IMG/VR virus record: IMGVR_UViG_3300001041_000017
Coordinates: 16,058-80,057 of that record
Direction: 5' to 3' (one strand)
Length of the DNA: 64,000 bases
Source: a virus
Shown here: positions 38,982 through 48,400 of the stretch, one piece after another
Position numbering within the stretch: position 1 is the first letter of the stretch
Layout: each line of letters starts with the position of its first letter
Made by a program: the position numbers and the translations under genes
The notes under the pieces: model-generated
Seen by the model: only the letters and a program-made list of their open reading frames with translations
What the model was told of the DNA's origin: nothing
Database searches by the model: none

Positions 38982-39998
38982 ATGAACAGACTTAAATCTT
39001 TCAAACATAATATCAGTATCGAAAAGATACTTGATAGTCTTAATATGGAATACAAACGCCGGGGAAAAGAACTCCTGGCGTTTTGTCCTAATGAGGAACA
39101 TATAGAAACTGCCCCATCATGGTCTATAAATGCAGAACCAAACAGTAAGAGGTTCGGAATACATTATTGTTTCGGCTGCGGATACCGGGGCAGCGTTATT
39201 TCGTTAGTTAAAAAATATAGAAACTGCAACGATGTAAAAGCTGTAAAATTCATAAAAGCTATCTGCGGAATAAGCGGAACAGTAGATGAAGATTATCTAC
39301 TGGAACAATCATTAAATGATAAATCAGACGATAAGAAAAAAATACTTTATAAGAGAATAAAAATAGCTTTGCCGGATGAATTTAAAAAACTAACTTCTAA
39401 GAGTGAAAAATATTTTACATATGCAACACAGAGAGGATTGACAGAAGAATCAATTAAAAAATTTAAAGTAGGATTTTGTCATACGGGATATTATTGGAAC
39501 CGTTTAATAATGCCAATATATTTCCAAGGTAATCTTTATTCATTTTTAGCAAGGAATAATGATCACAGAAGAAGATGTAAAAAAGACAAAAGAGTATTGT
39601 ATGTTCCAGGTCCCAAAATGAGCTTTATAGTTTGGCCTTATGACGATCTAGATTTTGATTTAGATTATGTGATTATCGTTGAAGGTCTATTTGATGCTAT
39701 TAAAATATTATCCTGGGATTATGAAAATGTCATAACTGTTTTCGGCAACAAAATCTCAGAAGAACAAGAGGAATTAATAAGACCATTCAAAAATATCTAT
39801 CTGGTCCCGGATGGGGATGAAGGTGGAGAAATACTAAAAGATTACTCCAAAGGATTAGTTTACGATCATAATGTATTTGTTATAGAACTTCCGGAAAATC
39901 AAGATCCGGGATCAATCTCAGAAGATGTTTTTGAAAAATGTTTTAATAACAAGAAAAATTTATTTAGCCAGAAGGTTAGAGTTAAAATAAAATATTAG
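38982..39998 (+). CDS. dnaG: DNA primase (CHC2 zinc finger + TOPRIM)
   Basis: CP...H.ETAPS, CFGCG, IVEG.FD, D.D.GG and DP motifs. Confidence 0.9.
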   Translation: MNRLKSFKHNISIEKILDSLNMEYKRRGKELLAFCPNEEHIETAPSWSINAEPNSKRFGIHYCFGCGYRGSVISLVKKYRNCNDVKAVKFIKAICGISGTVDEDYLLEQSLNDKSDDKKKILYKRIKIALPDEFKKLTSKSEKYFTYATQRGLTEESIKKFKVGFCHTGYYWNRLIMPIYFQGNLYSFLARNNDHRRRCKKDKRVLYVPGPKMSFIVWPYDDLDFDLDYVIIVEGLFDAIKILSWDYENVITVFGNKISEEQEELIRPFKNIYLVPDGDEGGEILKDYSKGLVYDHNVFVIELPENQDPGSISEDVFEKCFNNKKNLFSQKVRVKIKY

Positions 39999-40010
39999 GA
40001 TTGGTGAAAT

Positions 40011-40112
40011 ATGAATAGAGAAGATATTCTTAGAATATTTTATAGAGAGTTAATTAAACGAACAAAAAATTCTTCAGCCAAGAAGATTAAGAAAAAGAGA
40101 GTTAAGTTTTAA
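40011..40112 (+). CDS. 33-aa basic peptide (not in the ORF track)
   Basis: GGTGA RBS then MNREDILRIFYRELIKRTKNSSAKKIKKKRVKF; terminator hairpin at 40096-40133. Confidence 0.5.
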   Translation: MNREDILRIFYRELIKRTKNSSAKKIKKKRVKF

Positions 40113-40155
40113 ATAACTTGACTCTCTTTTTTTATTGTGATAATATCAAAATATC

Positions 40156-41775
40156 TTGATATTATTTACATTAGGGGGAATTTATTTGAAAGAAAATCAT
40201 ATACCTCCTCATTTGAGAATGGCAAATTATAAAGAGCAAAAAAGAAATTCTGACAAAGAATCAGACAAGAGTTTAATTAAGCTTCAGGGATATGTCAGGA
40301 TTTCTACAAAAAAAGAAGCTCAAAAAACATCTCTAGAATTTCAGGAAAAGCTATTAAAAGAATGGTGTGAAGTTCATGGATATCAATATGCTGGAACGGT
40401 TTTTGATATAAAATCTGGGGCATATATGAATTCAAGGACCGGTATTCAAGATCTTTTAGAGATGGCTAAGAATGAAGAAATTCACGGATTAATAACCAAG
40501 GAGGTTTCAAGAACCTCCAGAGATATTCAAGACATAATTCAGTTAAAAAGAAAACTCTCTGATTATGGAGCCTTCTTAATTTCAATAAAGGAGGGTTACG
40601 ACAGTAGATCGGATAACGATGAATTTTTGTTAACTATTTATGCAGCAATAGCCCAGAAAGAAAGAACCACTATTGGGAGTAGGTTGAAGACTACGCAACT
40701 AATAAAGGCCAGGAATGGTAGACCGAATAATAGGCCAGCTTTCGGATACCGAATATCAGAAGATAAAACCAGATATGAACCCTGCCCAATACATACTCCA
40801 ATCTATAAAGAGATAGTAGATATGTTTCTGTCTGGGAAGGGTAAGAATGCTATTTGTAGAGAGTTGAATGGAAGAGGGTTAAAAACATACCTTGGATCTA
40901 AATTCTCCTCTCTAACGATAGATACAATCCTTAGAAACCCGGTCTACATCGGAACGTATATGTATAACACTTCATATTGTTTCCGTGATGCAGAGGGTAA
41001 AAAACAGAGGGTTATTAGACCTCAGAACGAATGGATAGTCAGAGAAAATAATCACGAATCCTTAATAGAAAACTTAACCTGGGAATCTATACAAGAGTCA
41101 TTGGATAAGCGTAAAATAGATAAGAAATATACTGTTGATAAAAAATATTTACTAACCGGTAATTTAATTTGTTCAAGATGCGGATCTAAAATTTATGGAA
41201 AGATTCATTCTAGAACTAGGAAAGATGGATCGCGTCCTGTTTATTATTTATGTTATAATGAGTTCGGAAACTGTCATTTACCGTATACCAGAAAAGAAAT
41301 AATTGAGGATATGGTAAAAGAACATTTAACAAAAATAATTTACGATCCGGAAATTCTGAGAGATGAAATAAATAATCAGAAAAATATTATGGACGTAAAT
41401 AATTCAGATCTTGTCCAAAGAAGAGAAATTATTCAGAAGGAATTATCCGATATCGAAAAAGCTATGAATAAACAATTTGTGGCCTACGAAAAGGATATAA
41501 TTGATGTAGATACTTATGGTAAAAGAATTAAAGAATTAAAACAAAACAAACTAATTTTAGAGGAAGAATTATCTGTCCTGGAGAAGAAGTTAAGGAAAAC
41601 TGATCGGATGGATAATAAGACAGAAATACTTTTCAGAGAAATAAAACAACTGTTGGATTTAGAAAAAAATCCTGATGTTGCTGAATTAGCCCTAGGTTTA
41701 TTTGTAGATAAGATATATGTAGACTATAAGAAAGACAAATTAATTTTGAAGTATAAATATACTTTTCAAGAGTGA
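40156..41775 (+). CDS. Large serine recombinase (integrase); start probably TTG 40186
   Basis: YVRIST catalytic motif, SR.SR, recombinase domain, Zn ribbon (CSRCG...YYLC...C) and coiled coil. Confidence 0.95.
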   Translation: MILFTLGGIYLKENHIPPHLRMANYKEQKRNSDKESDKSLIKLQGYVRISTKKEAQKTSLEFQEKLLKEWCEVHGYQYAGTVFDIKSGAYMNSRTGIQDLLEMAKNEEIHGLITKEVSRTSRDIQDIIQLKRKLSDYGAFLISIKEGYDSRSDNDEFLLTIYAAIAQKERTTIGSRLKTTQLIKARNGRPNNRPAFGYRISEDKTRYEPCPIHTPIYKEIVDMFLSGKGKNAICRELNGRGLKTYLGSKFSSLTIDTILRNPVYIGTYMYNTSYCFRDAEGKKQRVIRPQNEWIVRENNHESLIENLTWESIQESLDKRKIDKKYTVDKKYLLTGNLICSRCGSKIYGKIHSRTRKDGSRPVYYLCYNEFGNCHLPYTRKEIIEDMVKEHLTKIIYDPEILRDEINNQKNIMDVNNSDLVQRREIIQKELSDIEKAMNKQFVAYEKDIIDVDTYGKRIKELKQNKLILEEELSVLEKKLRKTDRMDNKTEILFREIKQLLDLEKNPDVAELALGLFVDKIYVDYKKDKLILKYKYTFQE

Positions 41776-41782
41776 AATATAC

Positions 41783-41830
41783 TGTCCTAAATTGTAAGGG
41801 CGGGCAAAAGTACCTTTACAATTTAGGACA
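41783..41830. other. Putative attP site
   Basis: 15-bp perfect inverted arms (TGTCCTAAATTGTAA / TTACAATTTAGGACA) around an 18-bp core, 7 bp after the integrase stop. Confidence 0.7.
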
Positions 41831-41839
41831 ACAAAAACC

Positions 41840-42259
41840 CTAACAATGATTAATGTTAGGGTTTAATTTTTCCTGTAATTCTATTATGCTGTTGATGATT
41901 TTTTCGAGAGTGGAGACAGGGATTTTTTTATCATATGCTTTTTCGATTAAGAGAATATACGGAAGGAAATCCGTATGAGAAAGTATGTCTGGACTTAATT
42001 TATTATTGAGAATTCCTGATTCGTAAACATCATTTAAAGTAAAGTCGAACAAAAAATAAAACGGAGACACATTAAGTATTTCACTAAGAGTTGATATTAA
42101 TTCTTTAGAAATATTTTTACCTCTTTTATCTTTAGAAAGAACACTAATATAAGCTGCGGTCACATTTACCTTTTCTGCTAACTCCTTTTGTTTCAAACTC
42201 CTATTCTCCATAATTAATTTTAACTTTTCCCCAAATGTCAGAACATCAAATCTCTTCAT
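41840..42259 (-). CDS. XRE-family HTH repressor
   Basis: GEKLK...R.L.QKELAEKVNVT.AYIS HTH; GGAGGTG RBS; the only well-supported minus-strand gene. Confidence 0.9.
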   Translation of the reverse strand: MKRFDVLTFGEKLKLIMENRSLKQKELAEKVNVTAAYISVLSKDKRGKNISKELISTLSEILNVSPFYFLFDFTLNDVYESGILNNKLSPDILSHTDFLPYILLIEKAYDKKIPVSTLEKIINSIIELQEKLNPNINHC

Positions 42260-42348
42260 ATTATCACCTCCAAATTAAATGAATTATAGGCTATAAAACT
42301 TAAATTTGATTTATTGTTGTTATTGTACCCTAATATCAAAACAATTTC

Positions 42349-42364
42349 TGTGACCGTCGTCACA
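42349..42364. promoter_or_regulatory. CRP/FNR-type palindrome
   Basis: TGTGA-CCGTCG-TCACA. Confidence 0.55.
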
Positions 42365-42439
42365 TTTTTATATATTTTTTTAACTTTTTAATTATATAAC
42401 AAAAAGTTTATTCAAACAACAAAAATTCTCTTGTCTTTT

Positions 42440-42446
42440 TTCGACA
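42440..42446 (-). promoter_or_regulatory. Spo0A box
   Basis: TGTCGAA on the minus strand, in context TTTGTCGAAAAA. Confidence 0.5.
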
Positions 42447-42462
42447 AATTAACTGAATGTTG

Positions 42463-42491
42463 TTGACATTAAGGTTATTATGAAATATAAT
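42463..42491 (+). promoter_or_regulatory. Consensus sigma-A promoter for the sigma-like gene
   Basis: TTGACA-N17-TATAAT. Confidence 0.85.
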
Positions 42492-42600
42492 TCATGGAAA
42501 TAACATAAAGTTAATTGATCGGCATATCATAATATAAACCCTACATAAATAATAACGGTTAGTTAACAAAACCTTTATATTTAGAGAGGAGAGATATTTT

Positions 42601-43494
42601 GTGAAGAAGGGTCAATGCCAACAATGCCAAATATGTAGTTATTCCTGTGAGGACAAGGATTTACTTCTGAAACATCTAGAAGAATACCACGGATTAAGAG
42701 TAGGTTTTGTTTTAGAGAATGAGACAGGTGTTTTAGAGAACGAAATGTATCTAATAAGAGAAGGTCTCAGTAGTTCTATAGAGAAAGTTATAAGAAAGAT
42801 GAGACCTTACTTAATTAAGGCTGTAAACCAGAAGTATTCTAATTATCCCTCGAATCTTATGAATAAAGATGATTTTATCTCTATTGCAGAGATTTCTATT
42901 TGGGAGAGCTTGAATTGTCAGATAGAAAATCCAGAAATAAAGGATAAATGTTATAAATATATTTGTCCGGTATGTGGTAAAGCGTTTACTAGCATGATTA
43001 GATACGAAAAACATTTGCTGGTTAAGCATGGTAAACAAATCTCCCCTAAAGTATCTATTGGAGAATTTGTTAACTTCAGATTAGGGGTACGACTCCAAAA
43101 TGCCGTTAGAGATGAATACGCTCAAAAACGGCAAGGGAATCATTTTTATAGTCGGGACGATGAAATGTCCCAATCATTATATTTAGACTATGCTTCTGAG
43201 AGAGACGAAGATTCTGATTTTAAGGAACTTGACTCTGGTATAAACATAGAGGACGAAGTTTCTGAAAAGTTTTTGATTGAGGGAATAATCAAGAGACTTG
43301 GATCTTCTAATATAGATAAGGCAATTATAATTCAGCTATTTCGTGGTATAAAAGTAAGAAAAATTGCCACTAAAATATATAACGCTTATGGAGAGCATTC
43401 GTCTATTAAATCAGCTACTACAACCGTCAAAAATATGATAAAAGTTCTACTGGAGAACGGAAATGTATTTGAAGACGGTTTAAAAATATCATAA
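42601..43494 (+). CDS. Sigma-70-family (SigH-like) factor with two C2H2 zinc fingers
   Basis: Region-2-like 'DDFISIAEISIWESL...FVNFRL..RLQNAVR....QKR', region-4-like 'G..VRKIA' HTH and two C-x2-C-x12-H-x4-H motifs. Confidence 0.65.
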   Translation: MKKGQCQQCQICSYSCEDKDLLLKHLEEYHGLRVGFVLENETGVLENEMYLIREGLSSSIEKVIRKMRPYLIKAVNQKYSNYPSNLMNKDDFISIAEISIWESLNCQIENPEIKDKCYKYICPVCGKAFTSMIRYEKHLLVKHGKQISPKVSIGEFVNFRLGVRLQNAVRDEYAQKRQGNHFYSRDDEMSQSLYLDYASERDEDSDFKELDSGINIEDEVSEKFLIEGIIKRLGSSNIDKAIIIQLFRGIKVRKIATKIYNAYGEHSSIKSATTTVKNMIKVLLENGNVFEDGLKIS

Positions 43495-43499
43495 ATAAT

Positions 43500-43543
43500 T
43501 TAAGAAGAAACCTTTTACAATAAGAGGTTTCTTCTTAATTTTT
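43500..43543 (+). terminator. Terminator-like hairpin
   Basis: TTAAGAAGAAACC / GGTTTCTTCTTAA stem. Confidence 0.65.
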
Positions 43544-43649
43544 GATAAAATTATAAAAATTTTTCTACTAATCGTAAAAATAAAAAAGCAATTGATATAT
43601 TAAAGATAGAGGGTAATTAAACACAAAATACAAAAGGTAAAGGGAGGAA

Positions 43650-44486
43650 TTGTTTTTGGCTAAGAAAACAACTGAAAAAAAGGACGATAAGAAAACTTCC
43701 AAGACTAAATCCAAATTTAAACTGAAGGATTTACTAGCCGGGGCTGAAGCTCTTGAGCTTGATACAGATGATATCGAGGATGATGCAAAGGCTTTAGAAG
43801 CAGCCATTGATGATGCTGTTTCAGATTTAGACGAGGATGATACCTGTGAGTGTGGTGAGTGCGGTAAAGACATTCCTGACGTAGACACTTGCCCCTACTG
43901 CGGTAAAGTCTTCGAAACAGACGACTCCGATGAAGACGAAGAATCGGATGAAGATAACGACGAAGAAGAGGAAGAAGAACCTGCCACTATTAAGACTGTG
44001 GGCAAAGGCAAGAATAAAACCTTTAGCTGCTCTAAGTGCGGTAAGGCTGTAAAAGAGGATTCCAAGTCTTGCCCTAATAAGAAGTGTAAAGCTGTTTTTG
44101 AGACCGAAGAAGAGGATGAGGACGAGGAAGAAGAAACGTCCAAAAAGTCCTCTAAGAAGGATGATAAAAAAGCTGGCAAGGCTTCCGATAAAAAATCGGG
44201 CAAGGGTAAGAAAGATCCCGATCCGGAAGAAGAGGAAGATGAGGACGACGAAGAGGATGAAGAAGAAGTCGTCTATATAACTACTTCCGGTAAGGGTAAG
44301 AAGAAGAAATTTATCTGCTCAGGCTGCGGTGAAGAAGTAAAAGAAACCGCTAAAAAGTGCAAGGGTTGTAAGGCCGTATTTGGCGAAGAACCCGAAGAAG
44401 AGGAAGACGAGGAAGAAGAAACTCCTCCTCCGAAGAAGTCTTCCAAGAAGGACGATAAGAAGTCGTCCAAAAAGGGTAAGAAGTAA
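43650..44486 (+). CDS. Triple zinc-ribbon protein with D/E-rich and K-rich low-complexity tracts
   Basis: Three CxxCG...CxxC..VF units; followed by a terminator at 44532-44563. Confidence 0.75.
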   Translation: MFLAKKTTEKKDDKKTSKTKSKFKLKDLLAGAEALELDTDDIEDDAKALEAAIDDAVSDLDEDDTCECGECGKDIPDVDTCPYCGKVFETDDSDEDEESDEDNDEEEEEEPATIKTVGKGKNKTFSCSKCGKAVKEDSKSCPNKKCKAVFETEEEDEDEEEETSKKSSKKDDKKAGKASDKKSGKGKKDPDPEEEEDEDDEEDEEEVVYITTSGKGKKKKFICSGCGEEVKETAKKCKGCKAVFGEEPEEEEDEEEETPPPKKSSKKDDKKSSKKGKK

Positions 44487-44634
44487 ACTTTTAATAACCT
44501 GTCCCGGCACTTCCATCTGTTCCGGTATAGAGAAATCGCCTTTAATATCAAGGCGATTTTTTTATTTTATTTTTCAAACAAGGGAAAAAACGAATTTATT
44601 TATATATAATATAGATAAGGAGGAAAAATTGAAA

Positions 44635-45063
44635 ATGTCTATACCGACAGGATTAATTCTAGTAAATAAAGAATGTATGCCATTTCGGAAATACGAAACA
44701 GATTCAGGCTGGGATGTTAAAGCTAATATTAAAAGAAATATTATAATCTGGCCTTTCTGTAGAAAAACAATTCCAATTGGGATAAAAATAGAACCTCCAG
44801 AATTTATTTGTTCAGAGGTTAGACCTAGAAGCGGATTATCAAAAGATGAAGGTTTGATAGCTGTGGTAGGAACCATAGATACAAACTACAGGGGAGAGAT
44901 AGGAGTTACATTATTGAACTTCTCATTCTGGCCTAAAGTAGTTAAACCTTATCAAAGGATAGCTCAAATTGTTTTCGCTAAAAGATTCAATATTGAGTTT
45001 CTTGAGAAAGTAAGATTTAAGGAAACAGACCGGGGAACAAATGGTTTCGGTTCCACTGGTTAG
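44635..45063 (+). CDS. dut: Trimeric dUTPase
   Basis: SGWD, RPRSGL, GTID.NYRGEI, RIAQ and RG.NGFGSTG motifs; RBS AGGAGG before ATG 44635. Confidence 0.95.
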   Translation: MSIPTGLILVNKECMPFRKYETDSGWDVKANIKRNIIIWPFCRKTIPIGIKIEPPEFICSEVRPRSGLSKDEGLIAVVGTIDTNYRGEIGVTLLNFSFWPKVVKPYQRIAQIVFAKRFNIEFLEKVRFKETDRGTNGFGSTG

Positions 45064-45096
45064 TTATATAAAATAAAATTAGAGGGGGATTTTATA

Positions 45097-45468
45097 ATGA
45101 ATACAGCAACAAGAGATAAGTTTTCAGCAAACTATTCGGCCAGAACACCCAAAGAGGCTATTGCCTTAATCTTAACCAAAGGAAAGGCTGTTATTAATGC
45201 CAAAAACAACCTACCTCCGACATTGGGTGCTTTGGAGGCTATGTATCTGCCGTATACTATGGATTTCGAAGACAGAACTTGGACAATCCGGTTAAAGGAT
45301 TCTATGGTAAGAATCGAACCTGACAGGGCTGTTGAAAAACCAGTGGTGAAACTGGCTGAGAAAGAAGAGGTGGAAACCACTCCTCCGGTTCCGGCGAAAG
45401 CTGAAAAGAAAGTTAAAGGTGGTCAGCAGGTAACAGCAGAAACCATTTCTGCCTTATCAGAGGAATAA
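45097..45468 (+). CDS. Hypothetical protein
   Basis: ORF with RBS. Confidence 0.6.
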   Translation: MNTATRDKFSANYSARTPKEAIALILTKGKAVINAKNNLPPTLGALEAMYLPYTMDFEDRTWTIRLKDSMVRIEPDRAVEKPVVKLAEKEEVETTPPVPAKAEKKVKGGQQVTAETISALSEE

Positions 45469-45472
45469 AATA

Positions 45473-48400
45473 TTGAGCAGTAAAACTTTTCTCTCCCTTC
45501 ATGTCCATGAAGAATATAGTCTTAGAGACGGAATGGGAACAGTAGAAAAACTGGCTGAGATAGCGAAGAGCAGGGGAAACCCTGCTCTTTGTGTTACTAA
45601 TCATGGAACTATTGGTCAGTATGCAAGACAATACTTCTCTTGCCGGGATGAGGGTATTAAACCCATTTTCGGCTGCGAAGTATACGTTAATAATTTTAGG
45701 GATGAAGTAAAAGAAATCATAGAAAAAATTAAGATACTTAAAGAAGAAAATAAGAAAATTAAGAACGATAAAGATCCGGTATCAATAAAAAATCTAAAGA
45801 AAATAGTTAAACTGGATTCAAGACTAGAAAAGATAAAACCAAACAATCACTTAATTTTATTAGCAAAAAATAAAACTGGTTTAGACAATCTAATAAAGAT
45901 AACGAATGATGGTTGGAAGAACGGATTCTATAGTAGGCCAAGGGTCACTATGGATTTTGTAATGGAAAACAAAGAAGGTTTAATAATTTCTACAGCTTGC
46001 ATTGCTGGAGAGATTCCTCAAACCTTAATTAAAGAAGGTTATGAAGAAGCAAAAGAATTACTTTTAGAATGGAAAAAAGTATTCGGTAAAAGTAATCTAT
46101 TTGTTGAAATAACTATGATAGATTTTAAGCAGCAAGTAAAAATTACAAAAGAATTAATTAGACTAGCAAAAGAATGTAAGTTGAAATGGATTGTAACAAC
46201 AGACAGTCATTACATAGAACCAGAGGACTCAGAAACTCACGATATACTTCTTATGATTAATTCTGGTAAGACGGTAAATGATCTTCAAAAGAATCCAGAA
46301 GAAGTATGGCAATTTGAAAGTAAAGATCTCTGGTATAAGGATTACAAAGGAATGTATCGAACCTGGAAAAAACATTATAGAAAAGTTATGTCTAAGGAAG
46401 ACTTTCATTCAGCTATAGATAACGTAATGGACATTGTAGAAAGAATTGAAGAGTTTGATTTAGATACTTCGGTAAAACTTCCTATGATTTATGAAACTCC
46501 AGAGGAAGGGTTTAGAGAATTAAAAAGATTATGTAAAAAGGGTTGGAAAAGAAGAGAAATAGAGAATGAGGATAATATTCCTGATTACATAGAAAGAAGA
46601 GATTTTGAACTTGGTGTTATTGAGCAAATGGAGTATGCTGATTTCTTTTTAATTATGGAAGATATGTTAAGTTGGGCAAGAATGGAAAAAATACCTGTAG
46701 GTCCCAGCCGAGGATCAGCAGCAGGATCATTAGTTTCATATCTTCTTGGTATTACTGATATTGATCCCCTTAAACATAATCTACTTTTTGAAAGATTTAT
46801 TAACATAGATAGAAAAGACGTTCCAGATATAGACGTAGATTTCAGTCCAGAAAGAAGAGGAGAAGTAAGAAATTACTTAAGAGAAAAATATGGTCACGAA
46901 TATACGATGTTTATAGGATCCTACGGAACCTTTGGAACTAAGGCCGTAATAGGTGATGTTTCAAGAGTGTTATGTATTCCGCTAGGTGAAGTATTTAGAG
47001 TAACTACAAAAATGGCCGGAGGGGTAGACGAAGATCATACTTCATGGGAAGACTTAAGAAAATTCTACCCAGACCTTGATAATTTCTTTGACAAATATCC
47101 AGAAGCATTTAATTTATGTGAAAGGTTGAGAGGACAAATTAAAAACCTTTCAAAACATGCTGCTGGAGTAGTAATTTGTAGCCAGAATGTTTATAACTCA
47201 ATGCCCATCCATACGATAGACGGAGTAGAAGTTACAGCTTTACAGATTGGCCTAAACAGAAAATATAAAGAACTTGAAGAATTAGGATTCCCAAAGTTTG
47301 ATTTATTGGGACTGAATAATTTAGATGTTATTTATGATTGTGTAAGATTAATTGAAGAAAATCATGGGAAGAAAATAGACTTATTAAAAATACCATTGAA
47401 CGATAAGAAAGCATTAAGATTGGGAAACAAGAAAGATACATTAGGTGTATTCCAATTAGAAACACATTTGATGAGACAAATTATAGATACAATCGGAATA
47501 AATACTTTTAACGATATTTCAGCTATTGTAGCTATTGCAAGACCAGGACCGTTGAACGCAAAAGTACATGAATTTTATGCTGATAGAAAATCAGGAGAAG
47601 AAAAATTCAAGATACCTGAATGTTGGGAGAATGATTTAAGATCATCTTTTGGTTTGATTATTTACCAGGAACAAGTTATGAATATGGTTCAGAGGATCGG
47701 ATTCTCTCAAGCTGAAAGTAATAAATTTAGAAAATTCGTTTCTAAGAAACCATTACCAGATGAACCACTTTATAAAGATTTCTTAGCATACAAGAAAAGA
47801 TTTATAAAAGGTGCTGTGATGTCTGGGATATCCAAAACAGAGGCTAAAAAGTATTGGCAAGACATTGAGTTCTTCAGCAAATATTCATTTAACCTGAGTC
47901 ATTCTGTGGCCTATGCTTTAATTGCTTATTGGGAATTATATTTAAAAGCTCTTTATCCGGTAGAATTCCATTGTGCATTATTAATGAATACTAAAAGAGG
48001 AGTTACCGGAAAAGGTAAAAAAGAAAGAAATAAGTTTGAGGAATACATTTCTAGTACAAGAGACAGAGATATTAAAGTATTACCGATTGACATAAATAAA
48101 ACTTCAGCAAACTTTAACATAGAAAAAGGTAATATTCGTGCTGGATACACTTTCATAAAAGATATTGGAGATAAATCTCCGGAAGAATTAGAAACAAATT
48201 ATCCATTCAAAAGCATTAATAAATTTTTCAAGTCTAAAATAAATTGGAGCGTTTTAAATAAGAGTAAAATGACGGCTCTAATAAAAGTAGGTGCTTTTGA
48301 TAGCATTTATAAGAACAGAAGAAAGCTATTAGCAATTTATGAAACCTGGCAAGAGGTTAAGAAAACTAAAACTAAGTCAAAAGAATTCATAGAAAGATAC

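Noticed and set aside
44380-44634. N-terminal extension of the dUTPase in the ORF track
   Set aside because: It crosses the upstream gene end, a terminator and a promoter. The RBS supports ATG 44635.
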